Shown here piece by piece: positions 9,228 through 19,900 of a stretch of DNA of 64,000 bases. The stretch is from positions 250 to 64,249 of the forward strand of contig CANQDZ010000003.1 in assembly GCA_947594025.1 (NCBI GenBank). Reading direction: 5' to 3'. The stretch's first letter is position 1. Each line of letters opens with the position of its first letter. A program made the translations under genes and the position numbers. Under the pieces are notes generated by a model. It had not been told where the DNA came from and did no database searches. It was given only the letters and a program-made list of their open reading frames with translations. This stretch comes from Candidatus Gastranaerophilales bacterium. GTDB lineage: Bacteria > Cyanobacteriota > Vampirovibrionia > Gastranaerophilales > Gastranaerophilaceae.

Positions 9228-11849
9228 GTGTTTAATATTTGCAATCTTTGGGTCAAGCAACCTTTTACCGATATCTGCAAATTCTATTTGCAAAAGTGTG
9301 CGATTTGAATATTCTATAACTTCAAGAACTTTACCTATTCCGTATTTATCATGCTGGACGAGTTCGCCGTTTTTAAATTCGGATTTCATGGGCTTAATCG
9401 GTTCTTTTACTTCTTGAACTTCAACAATTTGAGGTTCTTCTATAACATCATAAGTCTTTTTTTCTTCAACTGCTTGGGAAGAAGGTGCGTTTTGTACCTC
9501 GGAGGTTTGTTCTTCGGGTTCATTTTCTTCGTTGTTTAAAACATCAAGAAAAGCCTCATCATCGATGTTTATATTATCTGAAATTTCAATATCTTCAATT
9601 TCTATGCCGTCCCCATCCGCTTGAATATTATCTTCAGCCTGTTCCTGAACAGGTTCTTGAACAGATTCTTGAATGGGTTCATCTTCACCGAGAAAGGCCT
9701 TCAATTGTTCATCATAAAGTTCTTCATCCTCTTGATTTTCTTCAACGGGCTGAGGGGGAGTAAGGATTTCTTCAGAAGGTTCTTCTGCGGGAGTAACAGC
9801 GGTTTCTTCAATAGTTTCAGGAGAAATAACTGTTTCTTCGGCAGGTTCTTCTGTATCATCTGCAGGCATGTCATCTTCAATTATTTCTTCGTCGATTATC
9901 TCGTCAATTTCTTCTTTAAGCTCATTATCTATCGCGGGTTCTTGAACATAAGGTTCATCGTTTTCTTTAAATTCATCGCCTAAGGCTTGTTCTTCTTCAT
10001 AAAAATCAAGCTCGTTGTCGCTTAAAAATTCATAATTTTCTTCAATTTCATCTGAAACAGGCGGGTGTTCTTCTTCAACAATTTTTTCTTCGGCTTCTTC
10101 TTCGCCCTGTTCTTCTTCAAATAAGTTTTGGAAGTTTTCTTCAAGTTCCTCTTCGTTGTTTAATTCGGGCAGCTTGCCTGTTTCATCATATTCAACATCA
10201 TCATTCGGAGTTTCTTCTTCATCCTTATATTCAACAATGTTTCTTGATTGATATCTGTTTAAATCAGCTGAAACGTCTTCAAAAACGTAGTCTTCTTCGG
10301 GGGTTGAGAAAAGCTCCTCTCTAATATTGTCATCATTCAATTGTTTTTGAAATTCTGACATATCAAAGTCTTCTTCGGGTTCTTCCTGTTTTATTTCTTC
10401 AATTAAATCGTCCTCTTTGGCGGCTTCGTTTTTAACGGGAACAATCGGAGTATTTTCAACCGTTAAATTAGGTATAACGTCCCCTTCCGTTTCAAGAACC
10501 ATATTCGCGGGTTCTTCCTGTTTTATTTCCTTAACTTCTGCTTTTTCTTCAATCTTGTCGTCTATTTTTTGGAAGTTTTCAATCTGAATTTTTCTTACTT
10601 TTTTGCGTTTTTTAATTTCTTCGTCAAGATTTACGGTATTTTGAATTTTAAAAATAAGCCCCTTTGTATCTTCACCGTAGAACAAAGCATAATTTGCATC
10701 AAGAGTTAAAATTGAAGGGTTTACAATTCCGTAGTTTCTTATAGGATTAAGGGTTGATAAGAAAATATAATTATTGAAGTTTTCCGCAAGGCTTGGAAGC
10801 TTCTTGTAGCCGTATGAAACTGAAGGAATAACGTTTATTTTTGTTTTTCCGTATATTTTATTTATGACGCCTTCATTAGAAGTGTTGTCATTTAAGCGCA
10901 TAAACAAATAAACATCTTGCTGAACGGCACTTAATATAAATTCGCAGAATGTTTTATGCCAAGCAATTTCAACGTTTGAAAAATCAATAATTGTGATTTT
11001 ATTTTCTTTAATTGTTTCAGACAAAAGTTCAATATCTTTAATATCTTGCGCAAATAACTGTGCTTCAAAATATTTAACAAGCTTGTTTCTTAAAAACCAC
11101 AATTCCGTGCTTTTTTCTTTTTTATGTTCGTCAATAATTGTTTTTAACAATAAATTGTACGGAATTGGTTTTCCTCTAAGGGTTTTAAGATAGCTTTTTA
11201 CTTCATTAAAGATGTCTTCACAAGCTGCTTGAACTTCAATTGTTGCATCTTTCATGCTATCTTCCCAAATACTGCCGATTGTTAAGTAATTAAGCGGAAG
11301 TTTAAAATCAATGCCCGCCCTTAAACGAGCGGAATCTTCAACATTTAAAGAGCCGGTATAATCAAATATAATAACGTTTTTGTATTCTGATAAAGTGTGA
11401 GCCAAATTTGTACTCAACAGATTAAAATCATCCATTTTATCAGCCAAAATAACGGGCTTATTGCTAAAGAAATCAAAGTTAATTTTCAAAGGAAGCATAG
11501 TTTTTGGATTTGTTGAAAATTCAACCGTTTCTTTGTCTGTATTAATAAAATCTTCAATTTCTTTTTGATTGCAAACCGTAATTTTTGAAGTGCGGGTGGG
11601 AGTAAAACCGTCGTAAGGGACTATTTCATTCTTTTCATTTATCTTATAGATAATTTGAACCCTTGCAAGATTTAAACTTGCATCGTATCTGTCACCTGCA
11701 AGAGAAATAACTTGAGCCAGATATTTTTCTTTTCCTTCTTCAACTATAACAAAATCAAGAAGGCAAATGCCCTCAACACTTGGGTCGAAAGTTATATCAA
11801 TAATATTATTGTTTGTGTTCTCAACTCGCATGTAACTTCCCTGTTGCAA
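9216..11849 (-). CDS. large hypothetical protein: HerA/DUF87-like N-terminal module without P-loop, hyper-acidic low-complexity region, C-terminal PcrA/UvrD-type Tudor-like domain
   Basis: 877-aa uninterrupted ORF. See the finding for this span. The C-terminus 'NGELVQHDKYGIGKVLEVIEYSNRTLLQIEFADIGKRLLDPKIANIKHL' matches the UvrD/PcrA C-terminal motif pattern. Confidence 0.7.
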   Translation of the reverse strand: MQQGSYMRVENTNNNIIDITFDPSVEGICLLDFVIVEEGKEKYLAQVISLAGDRYDASLNLARVQIIYKINEKNEIVPYDGFTPTRTSKITVCNQKEIEDFINTDKETVEFSTNPKTMLPLKINFDFFSNKPVILADKMDDFNLLSTNLAHTLSEYKNVIIFDYTGSLNVEDSARLRAGIDFKLPLNYLTIGSIWEDSMKDATIEVQAACEDIFNEVKSYLKTLRGKPIPYNLLLKTIIDEHKKEKSTELWFLRNKLVKYFEAQLFAQDIKDIELLSETIKENKITIIDFSNVEIAWHKTFCEFILSAVQQDVYLFMRLNDNTSNEGVINKIYGKTKINVIPSVSYGYKKLPSLAENFNNYIFLSTLNPIRNYGIVNPSILTLDANYALFYGEDTKGLIFKIQNTVNLDEEIKKRKKVRKIQIENFQKIDDKIEEKAEVKEIKQEEPANMVLETEGDVIPNLTVENTPIVPVKNEAAKEDDLIEEIKQEEPEEDFDMSEFQKQLNDDNIREELFSTPEEDYVFEDVSADLNRYQSRNIVEYKDEEETPNDDVEYDETGKLPELNNEEELEENFQNLFEEEQGEEEAEEKIVEEEHPPVSDEIEENYEFLSDNELDFYEEEQALGDEFKENDEPYVQEPAIDNELKEEIDEIIDEEIIEDDMPADDTEEPAEETVISPETIEETAVTPAEEPSEEILTPPQPVEENQEDEELYDEQLKAFLGEDEPIQESVQEPVQEQAEDNIQADGDGIEIEDIEISDNINIDDEAFLDVLNNEENEPEEQTSEVQNAPSSQAVEEKKTYDVIEEPQIVEVQEVKEPIKPMKSEFKNGELVQHDKYGIGKVLEVIEYSNRTLLQIEFADIGKRLLDPKIANIKHLNG

Positions 11850-11998
11850 TTTACTCTAATTATACAACACACAAGATAAATATGTAAATAATTATAAAAA
11901 CTTGCCGAAAAAGACTATCTAAAAATTAAACAAAAGGATATTTTTTTAATAAATAATTGCGTTTAATATTAAAATAACCATTTAGATATGGAGTGGTA

Positions 11999-12307
11999 AT
12001 GTTGATAGAAAAAATCTCTGATAACGCAAATAATTCAGTCAAAATGGAGTTTAAAAATGTATTGAGGGAAACCGTCCCTTGGCTTGAAGAAATTGTATCC
12101 GAATACAGATGCAAAATCGAAAAAAAAGAGTGGAAAAGCAAGTACAATCACTACGTTGTATATGATTATGAGCCTTTTTGTTCTGACGGATTTGAAATAA
12201 ACATAACAATTTCTTCAAAAGAAGCAGAATTCTTAAATTTTGTAAGATATCTGTATGAAATGAAAATGCAAACAATCAAACATTTGAATAATTGTATATT
12301 GATATAA
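11999..12307 (+). CDS. hypothetical small protein
   Basis: ATG at 11999 lies 5 nt after a GGAG. The ORF track starts it at GTG 11993. 102 aa with no recognisable motif. It sits directly upstream of the sensor kinase. Confidence 0.4.
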   Translation: MLIEKISDNANNSVKMEFKNVLRETVPWLEEIVSEYRCKIEKKEWKSKYNHYVVYDYEPFCSDGFEINITISSKEAEFLNFVRYLYEMKMQTIKHLNNCILI

Positions 12308-12330
12308 AATTATGCTAAAATATTTGCATA

Positions 12331-14088
12331 ATGAATTTGACTAAAAGAAACAGGCTGATTATTATATTTCTGTTACTTGTATCCGGAGTTCTTGTTTTTT
12401 GTACAGGGCGTTTAACAGTACAAAAAATACAAGAAAAAATGTATGCGGATTATTCAAATTTTGGTCAATTAATTACAAGAACATTATTGGTTCAAAACAG
12501 AGATACTTTTAATAAAGATAATCTTAAATTATATACCGATAATTTGCTTGAAAACAGCAGTGATATTTCATTTGTAACGTTTAAAAACTCTTTGGGGGAA
12601 GTAATCTATTCATCAGGAGTTAACGAAACAACAAACGATACAAAAATAAATGTCACATCACCTGTTGTAAGAAACGGTGAAACCATTGGTTCTATTGAAA
12701 TCGGGCTGTACACAAAAAATGTAAATGACATTGAAGCCGCAATAAGAAATTCCATATTCTTGGTGTTTGCCTTAGGCTGGTTTATCTTTGCAATAATTAT
12801 TATTTTGAACACAATCTGGGCAACAAAAGAGCTGTCAATATTGCACAGAGCCGTTAAAGAAATTGAGGACGGCAAGTTTGGCACAAAAATTGTAAATTCA
12901 AGATTTAAAGGTGAACTCGGCAGATTATTCAATGCTTTTAATGATATGTCGCAAAAACTTCACACTTATGAAGAACAAAATATTGATTCTTTAACTATTG
13001 AAAAGAATAAATTGGAATCTGTTCTTATGAGTATTGCAAACGGCGTTGTTGTGGTTGACAGTACAGATAAGGTCACCATTTTAAACACGGCCGCAAAAAA
13101 TATCCTTAACGTGGAAGAAGAAAACATCATAAATACAAAAATCCAAGAATATTGCGATAATGACGGTGAAAATTCTTTTATAGAAAAAATTGAAGAATTT
13201 AAAAACACTCCTTTAAACATTATGGAGAAAAAGCCTCTTGAATTTAGCATAAATATAAATAATAGAGTGATTAAAACACTTATGTCGCCTGTTTACAGCA
13301 AAATGCATGACTATTTGGGATATATCATTATTCTTATAGATATGACAAGAGAAGCGGAAGCAGACAGATTAAAAAGCGATTTTATCTCAAATGTATCTCA
13401 CGAGTTAAGAACACCCGTCACGGTTTTAAGAACCTATGCAGACACATTGTATTCTCTCGGGGAAGAATTCAGCTATGAAGAACAAAAGGAATTTATAGGT
13501 ACAATAAATCAAGAAGTAATAAGATTAAATAACATGGTAAATGACATTTTGGATTTTTCAAAATTCCAAAATAATGTGCTTGAAAAAGAAATTCAAGATA
13601 TCATGCCTGTTATTGAAGAAGCGGTAAATTCACTAAAAGTTTTGGCAGATGAAAAAGAATTAAGTATCTCTATTCAAAAAAAGGATGAAATACCTGATAT
13701 ACCATTCAATAAAGAGGCGATTTCAAGAGCGATTATAAATCTTATAAGCAATGCCATTAAGTATTCCGATAAAGGGGGTTCAATAAAAATAAAAACATCA
13801 CTCTATAACAACGACTATGTCCAAGTTGAAGTGGAAGATACGGGCATGGGAATTGCCCCTGAACATTTAGATAAAATATTTGACAGATTTTACAGAGTTG
13901 AAAACAAAACCCATTCTATTAAAGGTACGGGGCTTGGATTAAACTTGGTTAAAGTCACAATAGAAAAACGCCACCAAGGCGAAGTTTACGTTACATCAAC
14001 AGTCGGAGTCGGTTCAACATTCGGTTTCAGATTGCCTGTTAAACCCGTTGAAGAAAACAGCTTAGAAGAAGAAAGTATAAGTGTTTAA
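12331..14088 (+). CDS. sensor histidine kinase (TM-HAMP-PAS-HisKA-HATPase)
   Basis: 585 aa. Two TM segments. H-box 'FISNVSHELRTPVT', N-box 'NLISNAIKYS', G1 'DTGMGI', G2 'GTGLGLNL'. Confidence 0.9.
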   Translation: MNLTKRNRLIIIFLLLVSGVLVFCTGRLTVQKIQEKMYADYSNFGQLITRTLLVQNRDTFNKDNLKLYTDNLLENSSDISFVTFKNSLGEVIYSSGVNETTNDTKINVTSPVVRNGETIGSIEIGLYTKNVNDIEAAIRNSIFLVFALGWFIFAIIIILNTIWATKELSILHRAVKEIEDGKFGTKIVNSRFKGELGRLFNAFNDMSQKLHTYEEQNIDSLTIEKNKLESVLMSIANGVVVVDSTDKVTILNTAAKNILNVEEENIINTKIQEYCDNDGENSFIEKIEEFKNTPLNIMEKKPLEFSININNRVIKTLMSPVYSKMHDYLGYIIILIDMTREAEADRLKSDFISNVSHELRTPVTVLRTYADTLYSLGEEFSYEEQKEFIGTINQEVIRLNNMVNDILDFSKFQNNVLEKEIQDIMPVIEEAVNSLKVLADEKELSISIQKKDEIPDIPFNKEAISRAIINLISNAIKYSDKGGSIKIKTSLYNNDYVQVEVEDTGMGIAPEHLDKIFDRFYRVENKTHSIKGTGLGLNLVKVTIEKRHQGEVYVTSTVGVGSTFGFRLPVKPVEENSLEEESISV

Positions 14089-15434
14089 TGGAAAATGATT
14101 TTGATTTAAAAATTCATAATATTAAAACAAAAGCACTTCAAACGCTTGAAAATACTGAACTTTACAAATATAAAGGCGCAGTATCAAAACTTTTGGGCTT
14201 AACGGTTGAAGTTAAGCTTCCGGGACTTAAAATCGGCGATTTATGCTACATAGAAAACTATCGCGGCGACAAAAAAGCTGCGGAAGTCGTAGCATTTAAA
14301 GGTGATGCCGCCCAGCTTTTACTTTTGTATGACGGCGAGGGAATAGGTCAAGGAAGCCTTGTTGAATCAACGGGAGGTCCGATTTTACTTCCTGTGGGCG
14401 ACTTTTTGCTTGGACGTTTAATTAACCCCTTAGGTGAACCGATAGACGGAAAACCTTTAGATACAACAAATGCGCAGTTTGTAAATATAAACGGTTCGGT
14501 TCCTGACGCATTTAAAAGACCGATTATTAAAAAACCTATATCAACCGGAATAAGGGCAATTGATTCTTTGCTTACTATGGGCGGAGGTCAGCGTATGGGA
14601 CTTTTTGCAGGTTCCGGAGTCGGTAAAAGCACCATGCTTGGAATGATTGCAAGAAACTCTGAAGCCGACGTTAACGTGCTTGCACTAATCGGAGAACGTG
14701 GGCGTGAAGTAAAAGAATTTATTGAAGATTCGCTTGGACCCGAGGGTATGAAAAAATCGGTTATAGTCTGTTCCACAGGCGACCAGCCTCCGCTTATCAG
14801 ACAGAAGTGTTTACTTTCTGCAACAAGCGTTTGCGAATATTTTAGAGATCAAGGCAAAAAAGTATTTTTGATGACAGATACAATAACCCGTTGCGCTATG
14901 GCAGGGCGTGAAGTAGGACTTTCAACAGGGGAACCGCCCACCATGAAAGGTTATCCGCCTTCAATTTTTACTTGGCTTCAAAGAGCATTGGAACGTACGG
15001 GAAACAGTGAAAGAGGTTCAATTACAGCATTATATACCGTTCTTATGGAAGGTGATGACATCACAGACCCTATTGTTGATACGGTAAGAGGTATTGTTGA
15101 CGGTCACATATTCCTATCAAGAAAAGTGGCAGAGATGAACCATTATCCTGCAATTGATACTTTGGGTTCAATATCAAGGCTTATGACTGCAATAACAGAT
15201 AAAGAACATCAGGAAGCAGCAAGTAAAATGAGAAGAATACTTGCGTTGTACAGAGAAAATAAAGATTTGATTGACGTTGGTATGTATCAAGCAGGAACAA
15301 ACCCAAAACTTGATATTGCAATTGAGCTTATGCCTCAGATAAATGCATTTTTACAACAAAAAGTATCTGATACGGTATCTTATGATAATACCGTTACCAC
15401 TCTAAAAAATATGATGAGAAACGTTGATATTTAA
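14088..15434 (+). CDS. fliI: flagellar/type III secretion export ATPase FliI family
   Basis: 448 aa. Walker A 'GSGVGKST', then 'LIGERGREV', 'GEPPTMKGYPPS', 'GSITALYTVLMEGDD' and 'HYPAID'. The ATG overlaps the kinase stop (TAATG). Confidence 0.85.
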   Translation: MENDFDLKIHNIKTKALQTLENTELYKYKGAVSKLLGLTVEVKLPGLKIGDLCYIENYRGDKKAAEVVAFKGDAAQLLLLYDGEGIGQGSLVESTGGPILLPVGDFLLGRLINPLGEPIDGKPLDTTNAQFVNINGSVPDAFKRPIIKKPISTGIRAIDSLLTMGGGQRMGLFAGSGVGKSTMLGMIARNSEADVNVLALIGERGREVKEFIEDSLGPEGMKKSVIVCSTGDQPPLIRQKCLLSATSVCEYFRDQGKKVFLMTDTITRCAMAGREVGLSTGEPPTMKGYPPSIFTWLQRALERTGNSERGSITALYTVLMEGDDITDPIVDTVRGIVDGHIFLSRKVAEMNHYPAIDTLGSISRLMTAITDKEHQEAASKMRRILALYRENKDLIDVGMYQAGTNPKLDIAIELMPQINAFLQQKVSDTVSYDNTVTTLKNMMRNVDI

Positions 15435-15436
15435 GT

Positions 15437-16894
15437 TTATTTAAGAGCTGTTTTTATTCTGTCAACAATTTCATCTTTACCTAAAAGGTATACAATAGCG
15501 CCCATATCAGCACCTCTCGTTCTGCCTGTAACAGCAGCTCTGAATGACCACATTGTTTCTTTCGGTTTAATACCTTGCGCTTTAAAATATTCTCTGTAAT
15601 TTGCCATATCTTCATGAAGTTTTTCTTCTGAATCAAAACCCCAGGAATTAATTACATCAAGTGCATAAGGTAAAACTTTTTTAGATGTTTCACTTTCCAA
15701 AAGTTCTTTTACTTCGCTTAAATCAGGTTTTTCAAAGAAATATTGAGTATCAAATTCAAGTTCGGATAAAGTTGTAATAGGTTCTCTTGTTACTTCAAGA
15801 ATTCTTATAAGTTGTTCTTTAGTATATTTTGATGTGTCGTATTTCTTTAAAAACGGCATTGCATAATCGTATAGTTTGGTTAAATCCATTTTTTTAATAT
15901 ATTGACCGTTCATCCAGTTCAATTTATCATATTCAAAAATTGAGTTTGATGATGAAATCTTTGTAATATCAAAGTCTTGTGCAATTTCATCAACCGTTTT
16001 AATTTCTTCGCTATCTGACGGAGACCAGCCAAGAAGCGCTACGAAGTTAACTAAGGCATCTGTTAAATACCCTTTTTCAACAAATTCCGAAACCGCGGTT
16101 GCGCCATGTCTTTTTGATAATTTACTTCTGTCAGGCGCCAAAATCATACCTAAGTGGCCAAATCTCGGAACGTCAGCGCCAAGTGCTTCATAAATCAAAA
16201 TTTGTTTAAATGTATTTGAAATGTGGTCTTCACCTCTTATAATGTGTGAAATTTTCATCAACATATCATCGATTACAACCGCAAAGTTATATGTTGGTGT
16301 ACCGTTTGATTTCATAATAACAAAATCGCCGATTAAGCTTGTGTCTTGGTGAAGATTACCTTTTACTAAATCATCAAAAGCCAAGATATTGGAGTCATGA
16401 AAAGCTTTTTGAGCCTTTGAAATTGAAAATCTGATAGCGGGCTTTCTGCCTTCTTTTCTCAAGCTTTCTTTCTGTTTTTCCGTTAAATTTTCACATTTTT
16501 TTGAGTAAACGTAAGGTTGTTTATTTTTGCCCGCTTCTTCTTTTTCGGCTTCAAGTTCTTCCGGAGTGCAGAAGCATTCATATGCAAAACCCTTTTCTAC
16601 AAGCATTTGTGCATATTTTGGATATAAATCAAATCTTTCCGATTGAGTATAAGGTCCGTATTCCCCTCCAACGTCGGGACCTTCATCCCAATTAAGACCG
16701 AGCGCTTTTAAACTGTCAAAAATATTATCTATATACTCTTGAGATGTTCTTTCCGCGTCTGTGTCTTCAATTCTTAAAATGAATTTGCCGTTATTTTTCT
16801 TCGCAAATAAATAATTAAAAAGCGCCGTTCTTGCAGTACCTATATGTAAATTCCCGCTTGGAGAAGGTGCTATTCTTACTCTAATATCTGTCAT
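15437..16894 (-). CDS. gltX: glutamate--tRNA ligase
   Basis: 485 aa. HIGH-type 'NLHIGTART' and KMSKS-type 'KLSKRHG'. Confidence 0.95.
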   Translation of the reverse strand: MTDIRVRIAPSPSGNLHIGTARTALFNYLFAKKNNGKFILRIEDTDAERTSQEYIDNIFDSLKALGLNWDEGPDVGGEYGPYTQSERFDLYPKYAQMLVEKGFAYECFCTPEELEAEKEEAGKNKQPYVYSKKCENLTEKQKESLRKEGRKPAIRFSISKAQKAFHDSNILAFDDLVKGNLHQDTSLIGDFVIMKSNGTPTYNFAVVIDDMLMKISHIIRGEDHISNTFKQILIYEALGADVPRFGHLGMILAPDRSKLSKRHGATAVSEFVEKGYLTDALVNFVALLGWSPSDSEEIKTVDEIAQDFDITKISSSNSIFEYDKLNWMNGQYIKKMDLTKLYDYAMPFLKKYDTSKYTKEQLIRILEVTREPITTLSELEFDTQYFFEKPDLSEVKELLESETSKKVLPYALDVINSWGFDSEEKLHEDMANYREYFKAQGIKPKETMWSFRAAVTGRTRGADMGAIVYLLGKDEIVDRIKTALK

Positions 16895-16994
16895 ATTTAT
16901 ATCCTCTTAACTGTTTTTATTTTAATACAAATATTAAAAGAAAACATCGGTTTTGTATAGCTTTTTTGTTTTTTAAATAAGATTAGTTGTGGTT

Positions 16995-19900
16995 TTAGTT
17001 ATTTTTTGTGTCATTGTCCAACATTATTTCGTTGATAATGTTAATAAGAACATCTTGATTAAACTGATTTTTTTGAATATATGCCTTCACATTATATAGA
17101 GAAAATTGTTCTTCAAGAAATGATTTTTCGTATGAAGTCAAAACAATAATTGGAATATCATTTTTTTCTTTATCTCTAATAACCCTTGTAAGCTCAATAC
17201 CGCTCATTTTTGGCATATCGTAATCAGTTATTAAAATATCAAAGTGTTCGTTTTTTAATTTTTCAAGTGCTTCAAGTCCGTCGCAAGCTGTGGTTACGTT
17301 ATAACCATGACTTTTCAATATGCTTTGTTCGAGAGCTCTTGTTGTAAGTGAATCATCGGTTACAAGAATTTTGCATTTTGCCTTTCTTGTTTCTTCTAAC
17401 AGTTTGCCTTGTGTTGAAATATTCAAAAGAAGTTTTTTGGAAAGGTATGAAAAAATATCTTTAATATTTAAAACAAGACAGGTTTCACCGTTTGCAAGAG
17501 TTGTAACGCCTGAAACGCTTTTAACGTTTAAGAAAGGTGAAAATAATTTTTTCTGTATTATTTCTTGGTCGCCGATTAGTTTATCAACTGCGATAGCTAT
17601 ATTATTTCCTTCGTATTTAAGTATCATAACGGTATTTTTTTCAGTTTCGTGTTTTGATTTTTCAATCCCCAGTATTTGAGAAAGAGAAAATATCGGAATT
17701 ATTTTTTTGTTATGCACAAAATAGCTTTGACCGTCTTGAGCGTAGATATCACTTGATGAAATTCTTGTAACTATGTTGATATATGAGGTATCAATTGCAT
17801 AGTATTCTTTGTTTTCACGAATGACAAATACGTTAATTGTGGACATTTGAATAGGAAGTTCTATTCTGATACATGTTCCTTCATTGAATTTTGAAAAGAT
17901 ATTAATTTTACCGTCGAGTTCTGAGACTTTTTCTTTTACAATATCAAGTCCTAATCCTCTGCCTGATAATTCGGTTATGTTTTCTTCCGTTGAAAATCCG
18001 GGATAAAAAATAAAGTCGATTATGTCTTCCGTTGTATATTCTTTTTGATTATCCTTAATAAGTCCTTTTTTTACGGCGACAGAGCGAATTTTTTCAATAT
18101 CAAGACCTCTGCCGTCATCTTTTATGTCTATAAAAATCTTATTTCCTTCAACCCAGGCTTTTATTCCGATTTTTCCAATCGGAGATTTTCCTTTTTTAAT
18201 TCTTTCTTCAGGCGTTTCAATCCCATGGTCTACAGAATTTCTCAAAATATGAATTAAGGGCATTTTAATTTCTTCGAGGATTTTTTTATCTGCGCTTACT
18301 TCGCTTCCTTCAATTACAAAATCTATCTGTTTATTCCAATCGGATGCGATATTTTGCACCATTCTCGGGAACAGATGAAATATGGTTGCAAGAGGCAAAA
18401 TCCTAAGTGTTTTAGACATGGCTTCAAGTTCATTTGAAAGAGATACAAGCTTCGAATCTTCTTCTTGAAGCTGTTTTGAGATTATATAAATAAGGTCAAG
18501 CATTTTAGAACAACCTTCGCTGTGCATTTCATAAAGAGAAATGAGTTGTTTATTGTGCATAATGACGCTTTGAATATCCAAACTTATGTTTGAGCCTGAA
18601 AGATATCTCTTTTCATAATATTTAAGATAATAACCGATTTTATGCCAGCTTTTACTCCATTCTTCAAAATCGTTTTGAAGTTTCCTAAAAAGAGCAATGT
18701 GTTCGGTATTTTTAATTCTATACATGATAAGTTCATTTACTTGATTTGCAAGCTTATCAAGTTTTGATGAATCAACTCTTAAAGTCTTAATTTCTCTGTT
18801 GTCAATACTGTTAAGCCAATCGTTGCCTTTAAATGTTTGGGCTTTTGGTTCTTTTTCTTTCTTTTCTATATACGTTTTTTGTGAATGAATAAAATCGTTT
18901 TCAAAAGATTCCTCAAGAATATTGACCCTGTCTTCTATAAGTTTAAAATCATGGCAAGAAGCATTTGCATCTTCCGCTATATCTGTTGAATCCGTTATAA
19001 GCTGTTTTAAAATATCGATATTATTTTGAGGAAATATATTTTTTGAAACACACACTCCCATTACTCTTTTGACGGATTTTGCAAGCTTTTTTATTTCAAA
19101 AAATTTTGTTTCTTTAATAATTTTATCTAATTTGGTGTTAAATTCGTTTAAATAATCCGGATTTGATTTTATTTCGTCAATATCATTGTTCAATTCTTTG
19201 AGCAAAAGGAGAACTTCTTGATTTATGTCGCTTCTGATTTTTTTTATTTCAGGATTTTTAACCGTTTCTTCTTCTTTCTTCGGCTGATTTAGCTCATCAA
19301 ACTGTTTTTTGGCGGTTTCTAAAAAGTCAATTGCTTCTGCATTATTTTTAGAAAAAAGTTCTTTAATCGCTTCTAAAAATTCTAACAATTTACCGTCAAA
19401 TTGGACTTGATTTTTGAAATTAGCTTCATTCCTGCATATAACCCCGAGGGTATTATTTAAAGATGTTATTTCATCTTCAAAATTATTGGCTCTTAAGACA
19501 TTTTTAAGTTCAATCAGCTTAATTCTAAAATCATGAATACAATTTAAATCGCCGTCGTTTTTATATTTTAAATAGTATAAAACAAGCTCGGTAACTAAAG
19601 CTTTTATTTGAATAAAAGTTTTGTTTTCAGCATTTTCATCTTTGGGTAATTCTTTATTATTCTCAATAACGGATTGAAGACCGCTTATATAGGTATTTAA
19701 TTCGTCTGTATAATATTCTTGCTTGTTTTCTACGGTTTTATTTATCAAAAAAGAAATATATTCTACTGTTTGCGATAAGAGGTTTAAAACATTATTTGTC
19801 GGCTGAATTTTTTTCTCTTTCAAACATCCTATGACGTCTTCCATTTTGTGTGCAAGAGATTGGATATTATTAAAGCCCATCATTCTTGCAGACCCTTTAA

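Noticed and set aside
9351-9983. Three plus-strand ORFs (62, 92 and 120 aa) rich in F, L and R
   Set aside because: They are the antisense reading of the GAA/GAT-rich acidic region of the 877-aa gene (TTC/ATC runs). This is a composition artefact.
16895-16994. Possible T-box leader upstream of gltX
   Set aside because: Only 100 nt is available. I found no T-box consensus (AANNNGGGTGGNACC-like) and no terminator/antiterminator pair.
17320-17679. 119-aa plus-strand ORF inside cheA
   Set aside because: It is antisense to the CheA P5/REC coding region and has no motifs.
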